From an uncultured bacterium (lineage in GTDB: Bacteria > Cyanobacteriota > Vampirovibrionia > Gastranaerophilales > Gastranaerophilaceae): DNA of 64,000 bases. The stretch spans positions 33,337 through 97,336 of the forward strand of contig CACYUI010000002.1 of NCBI GenBank assembly GCA_902777605.1, in the 5' to 3' direction. A program made the translations under genes and the position numbers. Below, one piece after another: positions 1 to 8,734 of the stretch; position 1 is the stretch's first letter; each line of letters opens with the position of its first letter. Under the pieces are notes generated by a model, which saw only the letters and a list, made by a program, of their open reading frames with translations, had not been told where the DNA came from and did no database searches.

Positions 1-724
1 GTTGAAAATCCAATGTATTAAATTGAACTTTTTTAATTTGTGCTATGGTCTTTAGTGCCTGTTTGCTCTTTTTTGAATCTGCAAGAATTCTTGCTTTTAA
101 GCTTAAATAGTTAATATTGGAATTGTTTTCTAAAATAGCATTATTAATGTATTTTAGTGCAAGTGGCAAGTTATTTGATTTATAATAACCTAATGCAATT
201 AAGTAGTTTTTATAATCGCTTTCTTCTAACTTGGTAGAATTAATAAGTTCAGATGTAGTTTCTAGTGCCATATTGTTGTATACAATGTTTGAGTACGCAT
301 CTGCCATATAAAGAATATCTTTTTGATTTATAAGCGCTGAAGGATAATAATACCTTCTCATATCTGAAACATATGAAGCTGTAAAATGATTATTATCTAA
401 TTTGTTAATTAATTCATCTGATAAATCAAACATTCCATACTCAGCCATTTTAATGCCGTACAACAGAAACACATAATCGTCATGTGTTGCTCTTTGAACT
501 AAATCATTAAAATCATCATAAGAGGCTCTTACATTGCTTTGAATAAATCTGTTTTCCGCAGAAGCATACTTTGCTTTAATAAAGTTATCTTTTATAACCA
601 TATCCATATTAGCAACAGTAGTTTCTGTTTTTGCTTTTAGTGGCTTCAATGTAGTTTCTGCATTAACAGACAGAAATGATGATAATATGATACCAATAAC
701 TATAAATTTATTTATTTTATTCAT
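1..724 (-). CDS. Exported helical (TPR-like) protein, partial (runs off left edge)
   Basis: Missing from the ORF track. Manual translation from ATG at 724: MNKINKFIVIGIILSSFLSVNAETTLKPLK... with a Sec-type signal peptide. The frame stays open to position 1 and the start overlaps the end of the upstream gene. Confidence 0.7.
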   Translation of the reverse strand, partial: MNKINKFIVIGIILSSFLSVNAETTLKPLKAKTETTVANMDMVIKDNFIKAKYASAENRFIQSNVRASYDDFNDLVQRATHDDYVFLLYGIKMAEYGMFDLSDELINKLDNNHFTASYVSDMRRYYYPSALINQKDILYMADAYSNIVYNNMALETTSELINSTKLEESDYKNYLIALGYYKSNNLPLALKYINNAILENNSNINYLSLKARILADSKKSKQALKTIAQIKKVQFNTLDFQ

Positions 725-2396
725 GTTCTAAATCCACACCTACATAGTACTTATTGAATACTTGTAATAACCGATTACTACAATTATTTACTATTGAGTA
801 ATAAAGGTCAAGTAAATTATATTTACTTAATGTATCCATATCTAAATTGTCAATGGATAAATGATTTTCTGTACAAAATACTTTAACAATTTCGCTCAAT
901 TTTATTGCTAAAAATTTTTCTACAACAAGTGGATCAAAATGAGATCCTGAGCCATCTTTAATAATGCTTATTACTTTTTCGATTGGCATTTTGTCACGAT
1001 AGTGTCTTTTTGATGTAATTGCATCGAATACATCTGATACTGCTAAAATTCTGCCGCCGAATGGGATATCTTCGCCTTTCAAGTGTCTGTAATAACCTGT
1101 TCCGTCAAATTTTTCATGGTGAGAACAGGCAATTTCCGTTATTTGATGAAAATCTTTTGACATATGAATTTTTTCTAAGATATGGTGAGTAATTTCTACA
1201 TGTTGTTGTATGTGCTTATACTCTTCAGGAGTAAGTTTTCCTTCTTTTTGAAGTACAGCATCTCGAATACCAATTTTACCAATATCATGTAGAGCTGCGG
1301 CTTTTTCCAGTATATTTAAATCATTTTGTTCCATTCCAAATTCATGAGCAATAAGAGATGCGTACATTTTTACTCTCGTAGAATGACCTGATGTAATTTT
1401 ATCTCTTGCATCAATAGATGTTGACAGCGTTTCAATAAAACTATCCAAAACAATTCTTTGCTCATCTAATAGTTTTCTCTGTCTTTCAAATAGCTGTGCG
1501 TTTTCTAATGATATACCTGCGCTTGAAGCAATTGCTACTAACAAATCTTCATCATCAGGTGTAAAATATTCATCAAATTTATTTAGAACTTGAAAAACAC
1601 CTATTATATCCTGATTAAAATTCTTAATTGGCATGCATAGCATATTTTTCGTTCTGTATCCTGTTTCTTTATCAACATCTGCGTTAAACCGTTTATCACT
1701 ATATGCATCTTTTATATTTATTGTTTCACCTGTCTGTACAACATGTCCTGCAAGTCCTTTATCGGCTGGAATTCTAAGTTCTTGAATATCCAATCCTGTA
1801 GCAACTTTAGAATACAGTTCGTTGTTTTCTTTATCATACAAAAATACAGTACATCTATCAGCATTTAGTGCGGTTTTAGTTTCTTCGGCTATTGTTTTTA
1901 TAAGTAAGTCAATATCTTTTTCTGCAGCCACTGCCTGCCCTATTTTTACAAGCGCAATAAGCGGGTCTTTTGTTTGGGTATGATTATTAATATAATGACT
2001 TATTGGCGGACATTTTAGCATGGAATTGAGCTTTTCAAAGAAATCTGTTCTTTGTGCTTTTATAGATAGCTTACGAGCTTTGTTATAATTTATTGAATAT
2101 AGAGTTGTGTTTTTATCTGTAAAATTTACAAAACCTAGTACCATTTCATGAAAAATCTTAGTAATATCGTCATTAGATTGATCTACTAAAAACGAAGCAT
2201 CATTCATAAACTGATAAAAACTATCAAAATCAAGAGTAACAAAAGATCCTAAGCCTAACAAACAAAAACATATTGCAGTATCGTCATGATAAATTTCTTT
2301 ATGTTTTTCTATCTTAGGTTTAACATTTTCATACTTTCCGTCAAGTATCTCGGCGACTGACTCATATATAAAGTTTTCTATAGGCATCCAACTCAC
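717..2396 (-). CDS. GAF + HD-GYP family cyclic di-nucleotide phosphodiesterase
   Basis: GAF domain (ADRCTVFLYD...GLAGHV...MLCMPI), HDIGKIG, HHEKFDGTGY (GYY rather than GYP), VSDVFDAITSKRHYR. Confidence 0.85.
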   Translation of the reverse strand: MSWMPIENFIYESVAEILDGKYENVKPKIEKHKEIYHDDTAICFCLLGLGSFVTLDFDSFYQFMNDASFLVDQSNDDITKIFHEMVLGFVNFTDKNTTLYSINYNKARKLSIKAQRTDFFEKLNSMLKCPPISHYINNHTQTKDPLIALVKIGQAVAAEKDIDLLIKTIAEETKTALNADRCTVFLYDKENNELYSKVATGLDIQELRIPADKGLAGHVVQTGETINIKDAYSDKRFNADVDKETGYRTKNMLCMPIKNFNQDIIGVFQVLNKFDEYFTPDDEDLLVAIASSAGISLENAQLFERQRKLLDEQRIVLDSFIETLSTSIDARDKITSGHSTRVKMYASLIAHEFGMEQNDLNILEKAAALHDIGKIGIRDAVLQKEGKLTPEEYKHIQQHVEITHHILEKIHMSKDFHQITEIACSHHEKFDGTGYYRHLKGEDIPFGGRILAVSDVFDAITSKRHYRDKMPIEKVISIIKDGSGSHFDPLVVEKFLAIKLSEIVKVFCTENHLSIDNLDMDTLSKYNLLDLYYSIVNNCSNRLLQVFNKYYVGVDLEHE

Positions 2397-2455
2397 TCTT
2401 TTCTTTATATATGATATAATAAATCTAATGTTTTGGCAATAATTGTGGAGAGCTT

Positions 2456-3136
2456 ATGATGAGCAAAATTAGTATAATAATTCCTGTTTTTAATGAAAAA
2501 ATCTTTTTGTTAGAACTTCTAAAAAATGTTGAAGCTGTTGACTTTGGCTTAGAAAAAGAAATCATTTTAGTTGATGATTATTCTACTGACGGAACAAAAG
2601 AGTTATACAAAAATTTACCTTATAAAGTTATTTATCATGAAAAGAATATGGGCAAAGGCGCTGCTCTTCGAGACGGAATAAAAGAAGCAACCGGCGATAT
2701 TATAATAATTCAAGATGCTGATTTGGAATACAATCCTACAGACTACATACCCTTAGTAAATCTTATTAAAAACAATGAAGCAGATGTCGTTTATGGTTCA
2801 AGATTCCGTGGCAATAATAAGAACTTTTTATTGCTTAGTTTTTTAGCTAACAAATTTTTGACTATATTAACGCAGATATTATATAAGACTACTTTAACAG
2901 ATATGGAAACTTGTTATAAGGCTTTTAAAAGTGAAGTGATAAAAAATATTGAAATTAAGTCTAACAGATTTGATTTTGAGCCTGAAATAACAGCAAAAGT
3001 TTTGAAACAAGGGGTAAAGTTTAAAGAACTGCCTATTTCATACAATGCCCGAAAAAATAGCGAAGGTAAAAAGGTAAATTGGAAAGACGGAGTACAGGCA
3101 ATATTTACGCTTATTAAATATAAATTTTTTGATTAA
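2456..3136 (+). CDS. Glycosyltransferase family 2 (DPM1-like)
   Basis: [55 protein letters not shown]. Confidence 0.9.
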   Translation: MMSKISIIIPVFNEKIFLLELLKNVEAVDFGLEKEIILVDDYSTDGTKELYKNLPYKVIYHEKNMGKGAALRDGIKEATGDIIIIQDADLEYNPTDYIPLVNLIKNNEADVVYGSRFRGNNKNFLLLSFLANKFLTILTQILYKTTLTDMETCYKAFKSEVIKNIEIKSNRFDFEPEITAKVLKQGVKFKELPISYNARKNSEGKKVNWKDGVQAIFTLIKYKFFD

Positions 3137-3149
3137 TATTATATAAAAA

Positions 3150-3176
3150 TAGGACGCATAATCATATGCGCCCTAC
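3150..3176 (-). repeat. GTAG-tagged REP-like hairpin
   Basis: Minus strand reads GTAGGGCGCATA-TGAT-TATGCGTCCTA; lies between convergent genes. Confidence 0.6.
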
Positions 3177-3207
3177 TTTTATTTATTTTGTATTTATCAC
3201 TTAATCA

Positions 3208-5874
3208 TTAAGCATTAACTAATGTCTTGCGTGGGCAAGCGATTGCTGCTTGTGCTGCAGCAAGTTTAGCTTGCGGAATACGGAATGGTGAGCAAGATAC
3301 ATAGTTAAGTCCGATTTTGTGAGCGTACTTAACTGAGTCAGGATCTCCGCCGTGTTCGCCGCAGATACCGCCAACCAATGATGAGTTAATAGCTTTACCT
3401 TCGTTAATAGACATTTCGATAAGTCTTCCAACACCTTTTTGGTCTAAAGTGATGAATGGGTTAGAAGGAAGAATCTTTTGTTCTACATAATTCTTCAAGA
3501 ATTTACCTTCTGCATCATCTCTTGAGTAACCGAATGTCATCTGAGTAAGGTCGTTTGTACCATAAGAGAAGAATTCAGCTTCTGTAGCAACTTCATCTGC
3601 AGTTAAAGCTGCACGAGGAATTTCAATCATTGTACCGAATTTGTAATCAACTCTTACACCCTTTTCAGCCATAACTTGTTCAGCAACTGCAACTAATGTT
3701 GCCTTAGCTGTCTTAAGTTCGTTGATATGACCGATAAGAGGAATCATAATCCATGGTTGGATGTGGTGGCCTTCCTTAGTCAAATCACAGCAAGCTTCGA
3801 AGATTGCTCTAACTTGCATTTCATTGATTTCAGGATAAGTTAAACCTAAACGGCAACCTCTCAAGCCCATCATCGGGTTAGATTCTGACAAGTTCTCAAC
3901 GATTTCTAACATTTTTTCGTCTTCTGAGTAATCTTGATTCAAAGCACGCTTTGTAGCAACTTTTTCAATCAATTCTATCTTAGAAGGTAAGAATTCATGT
4001 AACGGCGGGTCTAATAGACGAACTGTCAAAGGTTTGTCGCCTAAAGCCTTGAACATTGAGTAGAAATCGGAGTATTGCATTGGAAGTAAGTGAGAAAGAG
4101 CTTCTTTTCTTGCTTCTGTAGTTGATGCAATAATCATTTTTTGTACCCAAGGAAGTCTGTCAGGATCCATGAACATGTGTTCAGTTCTGCAAAGACCAAC
4201 ACCTTCAGCACCGAATTTCTTAGCATTTTCGATATCTTTTGGAGTATCAGCGTTAGCTTCTACATGAAGTTCTTTTATTTCATCAACCCAAGAGAAGAAT
4301 GTTTCAAAGTCTTCATCAAGACCTGCTTGAACAAGCTCAATAGCGCCTTCCATAACTTCACCTGTACCACCGTCAAGAGAAATAATATCATCTTTGTGGA
4401 ATACAGTTCCGTCTGAACAAGTAATTGTTTCTTTTGCAAGGTCAATAATCAAGTCTTCACAACCTGAAACGCAAGGTTTACCCATACCTTTTGCAACAAC
4501 TGCAGCATGAGATGTAGCACCGCCTCTTAAAGTAAGAACACCTTGAGAAACAGCCATACCGTGAATATCATCAGGACAAGTTTCGATTCTTACTAAGATA
4601 ACTTTTTCGCCTGCTTCACCGCGACGAGCAGCTTCTTCAGTATCAAATACAATTTTACCTACTGCAGCACCCGGAGATGCGTTAACACCCTTAGAAACCT
4701 TGTGAGAGTGTTTAACTTTATCAGGATTAAAGCAAGGTAACAATACTTGGTATACAGAATAAGGATCAACTTGGTTGATAGCTTCTTCTTTTGTTATAAT
4801 ACCTTCTCTAAACATATCAACAGCAATTTTAATAGCAGCCTTAGCCGTTCTCTTACCGTTACGAGTTTGAAGTATCCAAAGTTTACCGCGTTCAACAGTA
4901 AATTCCATATCTTGAACATCGTGATAACCTTTTTCTAATTGTTTAGCTATATCTACATATTGACGATAGATGTCAGGCATATCTGTTTCAAGTTCTGCAA
5001 TTTGTTTAGGAGTTCTGATACCTGCAACAACATCTTCACCTTGAGCATTAACAAGGTATTCACCGTAGAATTTGTTTTCTCCTGTTGCAGGGTTACGAGT
5101 AAATGAAACACCTGTTGCACAATCGTTACCCATGTTACCGAATACCATTGTTTGAACATTAACTGCAGTACCGAAGTTGTGGTCAATTTTGTTCATGTTT
5201 CTGTAAGCAACTGCTCTCGGAATATTCCAAGATCTAAATACTGCTTCAATAGCTTCTTGAAGTTGTACATAAGGATCTTGCGGGAATTCCTTTCCTGTAA
5301 CTTCTTTAATTTTTGCTTTATATATAGGAATCAATGACTTCCATCCTTCAGCAGAAATCTCAGTATCAGAAGTTACGCCTTCTCTAGCTTTAACTTTTTC
5401 AACTTCAGATTCAAAGTATTTTTGTCTGTCCATTTCCCAAGCAACAGAACCAAACATTGTTAAAAATCTTCTGTATGAATCATAGCAGAAGCGCGGGTTG
5501 TTAGTTAATTTAACCATAGCTTCTACAGTTTCATCATTAAGACCTAAGTTTAATATTGTTTCCATCATACCGGGCATAGAAACTCTAGCACCTGATCTAA
5601 CAGAAACTAAAAGTGGATTGTTCAAATCACCAAACTTTTTACCTGCTTGTTCTTCAACTGTCTTAAGAGCGAATTTAACTTCGTCCATAAGCCCTTCTGG
5701 CATTTTGTTACCGTGATTGATGTAATCCATACATGTTTCAGTTGTAATTGTAAGTCCCGGAGGAACAGGAAGACCTAAATTAGTCATTTCTGCAAGGTTA
5801 GCACCTTTACCGCCGAGGAGTGCACGCATATCTGCGTTACCTTCTTTGAATAGCCATACTCTTTTTTCAGCCAT
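3208..5874 (-). CDS. ppdK: Pyruvate, phosphate dikinase
   Basis: LLGGKGANLAEM, PLLVSVRSGA, GGATSHAAVVA (phospho-His), GVGLCRTEHMF, GICGEHGGDP; full length 888 aa. Confidence 0.98.
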   Translation of the reverse strand: MAEKRVWLFKEGNADMRALLGGKGANLAEMTNLGLPVPPGLTITTETCMDYINHGNKMPEGLMDEVKFALKTVEEQAGKKFGDLNNPLLVSVRSGARVSMPGMMETILNLGLNDETVEAMVKLTNNPRFCYDSYRRFLTMFGSVAWEMDRQKYFESEVEKVKAREGVTSDTEISAEGWKSLIPIYKAKIKEVTGKEFPQDPYVQLQEAIEAVFRSWNIPRAVAYRNMNKIDHNFGTAVNVQTMVFGNMGNDCATGVSFTRNPATGENKFYGEYLVNAQGEDVVAGIRTPKQIAELETDMPDIYRQYVDIAKQLEKGYHDVQDMEFTVERGKLWILQTRNGKRTAKAAIKIAVDMFREGIITKEEAINQVDPYSVYQVLLPCFNPDKVKHSHKVSKGVNASPGAAVGKIVFDTEEAARRGEAGEKVILVRIETCPDDIHGMAVSQGVLTLRGGATSHAAVVAKGMGKPCVSGCEDLIIDLAKETITCSDGTVFHKDDIISLDGGTGEVMEGAIELVQAGLDEDFETFFSWVDEIKELHVEANADTPKDIENAKKFGAEGVGLCRTEHMFMDPDRLPWVQKMIIASTTEARKEALSHLLPMQYSDFYSMFKALGDKPLTVRLLDPPLHEFLPSKIELIEKVATKRALNQDYSEDEKMLEIVENLSESNPMMGLRGCRLGLTYPEINEMQVRAIFEACCDLTKEGHHIQPWIMIPLIGHINELKTAKATLVAVAEQVMAEKGVRVDYKFGTMIEIPRAALTADEVATEAEFFSYGTNDLTQMTFGYSRDDAEGKFLKNYVEQKILPSNPFITLDQKGVGRLIEMSINEGKAINSSLVGGICGEHGGDPDSVKYAHKIGLNYVSCSPFRIPQAKLAAAQAAIACPRKTLVNA

Positions 5875-5893
5875 TAGATTTTCTCCTTCTTTA

Positions 5894-5922
5894 TTTGCGG
5901 CGCGTCAAACGACGCACCCTAC
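5894..5922 (-). repeat. GTAG-tagged REP-like hairpin
   Basis: TTTGCGGCGCGTCAAACGACGCACCCTAC; near-identical to 62784-62812. Confidence 0.7.
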
Positions 5923-6047
5923 TTTGTTATTTTATTTTGCTGGGTCTTGCCCAATATACATTATTTTGACTTGTGATTGTGCAAAAATACATCATTACAA
6001 GCAAAAGCATAACATGAAGGTATTTAGATGTAAATCACTAATAAATT

Positions 6048-6076
6048 AAAAGAGACAGATAATTGTTACCTGTCTC
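6048..6076 (-). terminator. Intrinsic terminator
   Basis: GAGACAG/CTGTCTC stem with a short U-tract on the minus strand, downstream of the 6105-6386 gene. Confidence 0.55.
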
Positions 6077-6104
6077 AATATATTAAATTTTATTTAATAA
6101 AAAG

Positions 6105-6386
6105 TTATTTATTAGGTATGTTTAAGTCTTTTTCAGCCATATGTTTATCAATCATTCTTGTTCTTGTTATATTTAATCTGTTTTTTGCATATAAAAGAAA
6201 ATCCTGTTTTGAAAATGGTAGCGCATCCATTACCTTGATATCACCTAATTTTTCACGATTTACATTAACAAAATCATTGATTTCTTTTTCTGTTTCTTTT
6301 GCAAACGGATAGTATTTATTTACTTTGCCTAATTTAACAAGACCGTTAAAATTTGTTCCGTTAGCATTAATTGGTTGAATATTCAT
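6105..6386 (-). CDS. Hypothetical protein (~93 aa)
   Basis: RBS AGGAG 9 nt before ATG at 6386; TGCTATAAT -10 upstream; N-terminus MNIQPINANGTNFNG. Confidence 0.65.
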   Translation of the reverse strand: MNIQPINANGTNFNGLVKLGKVNKYYPFAKETEKEINDFVNVNREKLGDIKVMDALPFSKQDFLLYAKNRLNITRTRMIDKHMAEKDLNIPNK

Positions 6387-6483
6387 AATCACACACTCCT
6401 TTTGCTATATTATAGCATTTTAAATTAAAGTTACAATATATCTTATGAATATTTTAAAACCTGTAAAAAAATAATTTGCTAGC

Positions 6484-6512
6484 AAAAAAAAATACCCCGA
6501 TGGGTATTTTTT
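6484..6512. terminator. Bidirectional intrinsic terminator
   Basis: A-tract-TACCC-cgat-GGGTA-T-tract directly after the stop of 6511-6765. Confidence 0.7.
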
Positions 6513-6765
6513 ATGCAATTAAATGAAAGTTATATTCATTTGGGTTTTTATGCGCTAATCCTACTCCATCCTGACCAAGCGACACTTTCGTTCCTGATTC
6601 ATCTGTTGTATAGGAGTGATTTTGCGGAATAGAAATTCCGTATTCGTTACCTGTAGATACAGGTGCTACTCTGGGCTGGAAAGTTGTTATTCTGCCCAAT
6701 CGTCCAAGCGAACCTTGTCCGTATTGATAATTTTGTTCTAATGATGTTAATGCTGGTATGCCCAT
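6511..6765 (-). CDS. Hypothetical protein (84 aa) under HLR1/class-A promoter
   Basis: ORF with an AGGT RBS, its own promoter motif and a terminator. Confidence 0.65.
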   Translation of the reverse strand: MGIPALTSLEQNYQYGQGSLGRLGRITTFQPRVAPVSTGNEYGISIPQNHSYTTDESGTKVSLGQDGVGLAHKNPNEYNFHLIA

Positions 6766-6790
6766 ATAAATATACCTATTTTTCTCTGTA

Positions 6791-6859
6791 CATATATATA
6801 AAGTATTCTAAAACTAAAAAATTGCATAATTTATAAAATTTGTTACAAAGATTTACAAT
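6791..6859 (-). promoter_or_regulatory. Class-A promoter with HLR1-like direct repeat
   Basis: Coding strand: HLR1 (6842-6859, + strand GTTACAAA-ga-TTTACAAT) - 14 nt - ATGCAA - 16 nt - TACTTTATATATATG. Confidence 0.7.
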
Positions 6860-6912
6860 TATAAATCAATTTATGTATTTTGGCGCAAAAAATCTAAAAA
6901 TGGTAATTATTC

Positions 6913-7266
6913 GGGTATTTCTTTCTCTTTTTGGTTGCGATGCAAAAGGAGAAAGAAATACCCAAAAGAAAGAGAAAAACACGCAATCGTTTTCTATGCC
7001 CTTACGGGCAATTTTTCATGTTCGGCAAAGCCGAATCTTTAACGCGCCCTAAATAACGGGCGCGGTGCTAAATTCACTCGTATTTAAAAATTATGTCCAA
7101 GCCTGTCGTAACGAATAAACAATGTTTGTGAGACAGGAACAAAGCGGGCATTGTTTGAGCGAAGCGAGTTTGCCCGCTTAAGTCGAGCAATTACAATTGT
7201 TTAATGAGTGAAGACCGAGCTTGGAGAGTTTCTTTGGTTCGTTTCTTTGCGGGCAAAGAAATGAAC
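6913..7266. repeat. Cassette of tandem hairpins (MITE-like or structured RNA)
   Basis: At least six stems: GGGTATTTCTTTCTC/GAGAAAGAAATACCC, TGCCC/GGGCA, TTCGGC/GCCGAA, CGCGCCC/GGGCGCG, AAGCGGGCA/TGCCCGCTT, GTTCGTTTCTTTGC/GCAAAGAAATGAAC. Confidence 0.55.
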
Positions 7267-7348
7267 AATAAAAAGTACGATACTTTTTAAACTTTTGCAC
7301 CATTATACATATTTTGGTGCAATTTAATACTTGTGCTAAAATCAGATT

Positions 7349-8314
7349 ATGAATATTAATAAAGGTGACATAATTGGAATAATTGCTTTATCAGGCGATT
7401 GTGACAGAGATAAAATTGAGAAAGCAAAAGCCAATATTGAGGCTTTAGGATATAGAGTTGAATTGTCACAAAACATTTTTGATAAAGACAGGTATCTTGC
7501 AGGCTCTGATGAGGTTAGAATCAAAGAACTTCACAGATTCTTTAAAGATGACAAAATAAAGATTATACTCTGTGCTCGTGGCGGATATGGCGCAATTAGA
7601 CTGATTAATGATATTGATTATGATTTGATTAAGAATAATCCAAAGCCGTTTTGCGGATTTTCTGATGTTACAGCACTTTTATTAATGATATACAAAAAAA
7701 TAGGAATAGTTACTTATCATTCACCTATGGCTCAAACTGATTTTTACTTCCCCACACCCTGCCCTCTCCCTCTAGGGACGAGTGAAACTGAGCAAGAGGC
7801 ACAAACGGATTTTACAAATCTTCCCTCGCACTTCGGGAGAAGGAATGAGGGTGAGGGGGCAAGCTCTGAAACAATAAGAACCTTTTTCGAAGTTATAAAT
7901 AACAAAAAATCTGAATATAAAATTACAAAAACATATCATAATGATGACACTGCAGGCATTCTTTGGGGTGGAAATCTTTCTACTGTTGTTTCACTTTGCG
8001 GTCAAGATTTTATACCAAACGATGATTTTATATTTTTTACAGAAGATTTATGTGAGCCGGTGTATAAGATTGATAAAATGTTTCAGCAGTTAATAAATAT
8101 AAAAGAGTTTAGAGATAGATGCAGGGCAATTATATTGGGTGATTTTTCAGACACAGATAATCAAGAATGGCTTGAAGAGTATTTTATTGAACTTGCTCAA
8201 AGATTGAATATACCAGTTGTACATATTGATGGTATTACACATTCTGAGAATAAAATAACATTACCGATTGGAGTTCGTGCAAGAATTGAGGAAGAAAAAC
8301 TGATTTTTGAATAG
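7349..8314 (+). CDS. LD-carboxypeptidase (peptidase S66) with in-frame palindromic insertion
   Basis: ARGGYGA, GFSDVTA (Ser), WGGNLS, FTED (Glu), THSENKITLPIG (His); extra ~38 aa Pro/Gly/Glu segment. Confidence 0.88.
   Translation: MNINKGDIIGIIALSGDCDRDKIEKAKANIEALGYRVELSQNIFDKDRYLAGSDEVRIKELHRFFKDDKIKIILCARGGYGAIRLINDIDYDLIKNNPKPFCGFSDVTALLLMIYKKIGIVTYHSPMAQTDFYFPTPCPLPLGTSETEQEAQTDFTNLPSHFGRRNEGEGASSETIRTFFEVINNKKSEYKITKTYHNDDTAGILWGGNLSTVVSLCGQDFIPNDDFIFFTEDLCEPVYKIDKMFQQLINIKEFRDRCRAIILGDFSDTDNQEWLEEYFIELAQRLNIPVVHIDGITHSENKITLPIGVRARIEEEKLIFE
7748..7862. repeat. Palindromic repeat inserted in frame in the S66 peptidase
   Basis: GC-rich island with imperfect terminal inverted repeats CCCCACACCCTGCCCTCTCCC ... 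GGGAGAAGGAATGAGGGTGAGGGGG; boundaries approximate. Confidence 0.65.
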
Positions 8315-8401
8315 TTGTTGTTAATTAGTTATGGCGATTCTTCACATTCGTTCAGAATGACTAATAGAATTAAACCTTATTTTTAGGTTAAAAAATAAAA
8401 A

Positions 8402-8661
8402 GCCGTACCACTGTCTATCGAAATAGAGCGAAAAAGATTTTGCTTATACAACCTACTTCTTAAAACTATAACACCCGCAAGGGTTACCTTAGTGCTGCTA
8501 TGTTTCCATCCTGACACGGTTCGATATCTTACGCCATTATATTCTAAGCTATCAACAATCCTATAAACATAGGCTCATTCGCTATACCCCTCACAACAGG
8601 CTCTGCACCTCGCATAAGCGTTCGAGTCGAGAGAACCGCCAATTCCCCGTGGAGTACGGCA
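8402..8661 (-). ncRNA. ffs: Signal recognition particle RNA, long (Alu-containing) bacterial type
   Basis: Helix 8 core GAACCGTGTCAGG-ATG-GAAA-CAT-AGCAGCACTAAG (CAGG...AGCAG at 8495-8513). The 5' TGCCGTACTCCACGGGGAATTGGCGG and 3' GACAGTGGTACGGC resemble the Bacillus scRNA ends and pair with each other. ~260 nt. Confidence 0.85.
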
Positions 8662-8666
8662 GGGGT

Positions 8667-8695
8667 ATAATAACATAAAAAAATTTTTAACTCAA
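8667..8695 (-). promoter_or_regulatory. Sigma70-type promoter of SRP RNA
   Basis: TTGAGT-N17-TATTAT with extended -10 TG, ending 5 nt before the RNA 5' end. Confidence 0.7.
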
Positions 8696-8700
8696 TATAT

Positions 8701-8728
8701 AAAAGGTGACTTATTAAAAGTCACCTTT
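8701..8728 (-). terminator. Intrinsic terminator of 8735-9922
   Basis: AAAGGTGACTT/AAGTCACCTTT stem. Confidence 0.7.
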
Positions 8729-8734
8729 ATTTTA

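Noticed and set aside
6840-7052. 70-aa ORF
   Set aside because: It overlaps a promoter and the hairpin cassette, has no RBS, and its translation reflects palindromic DNA
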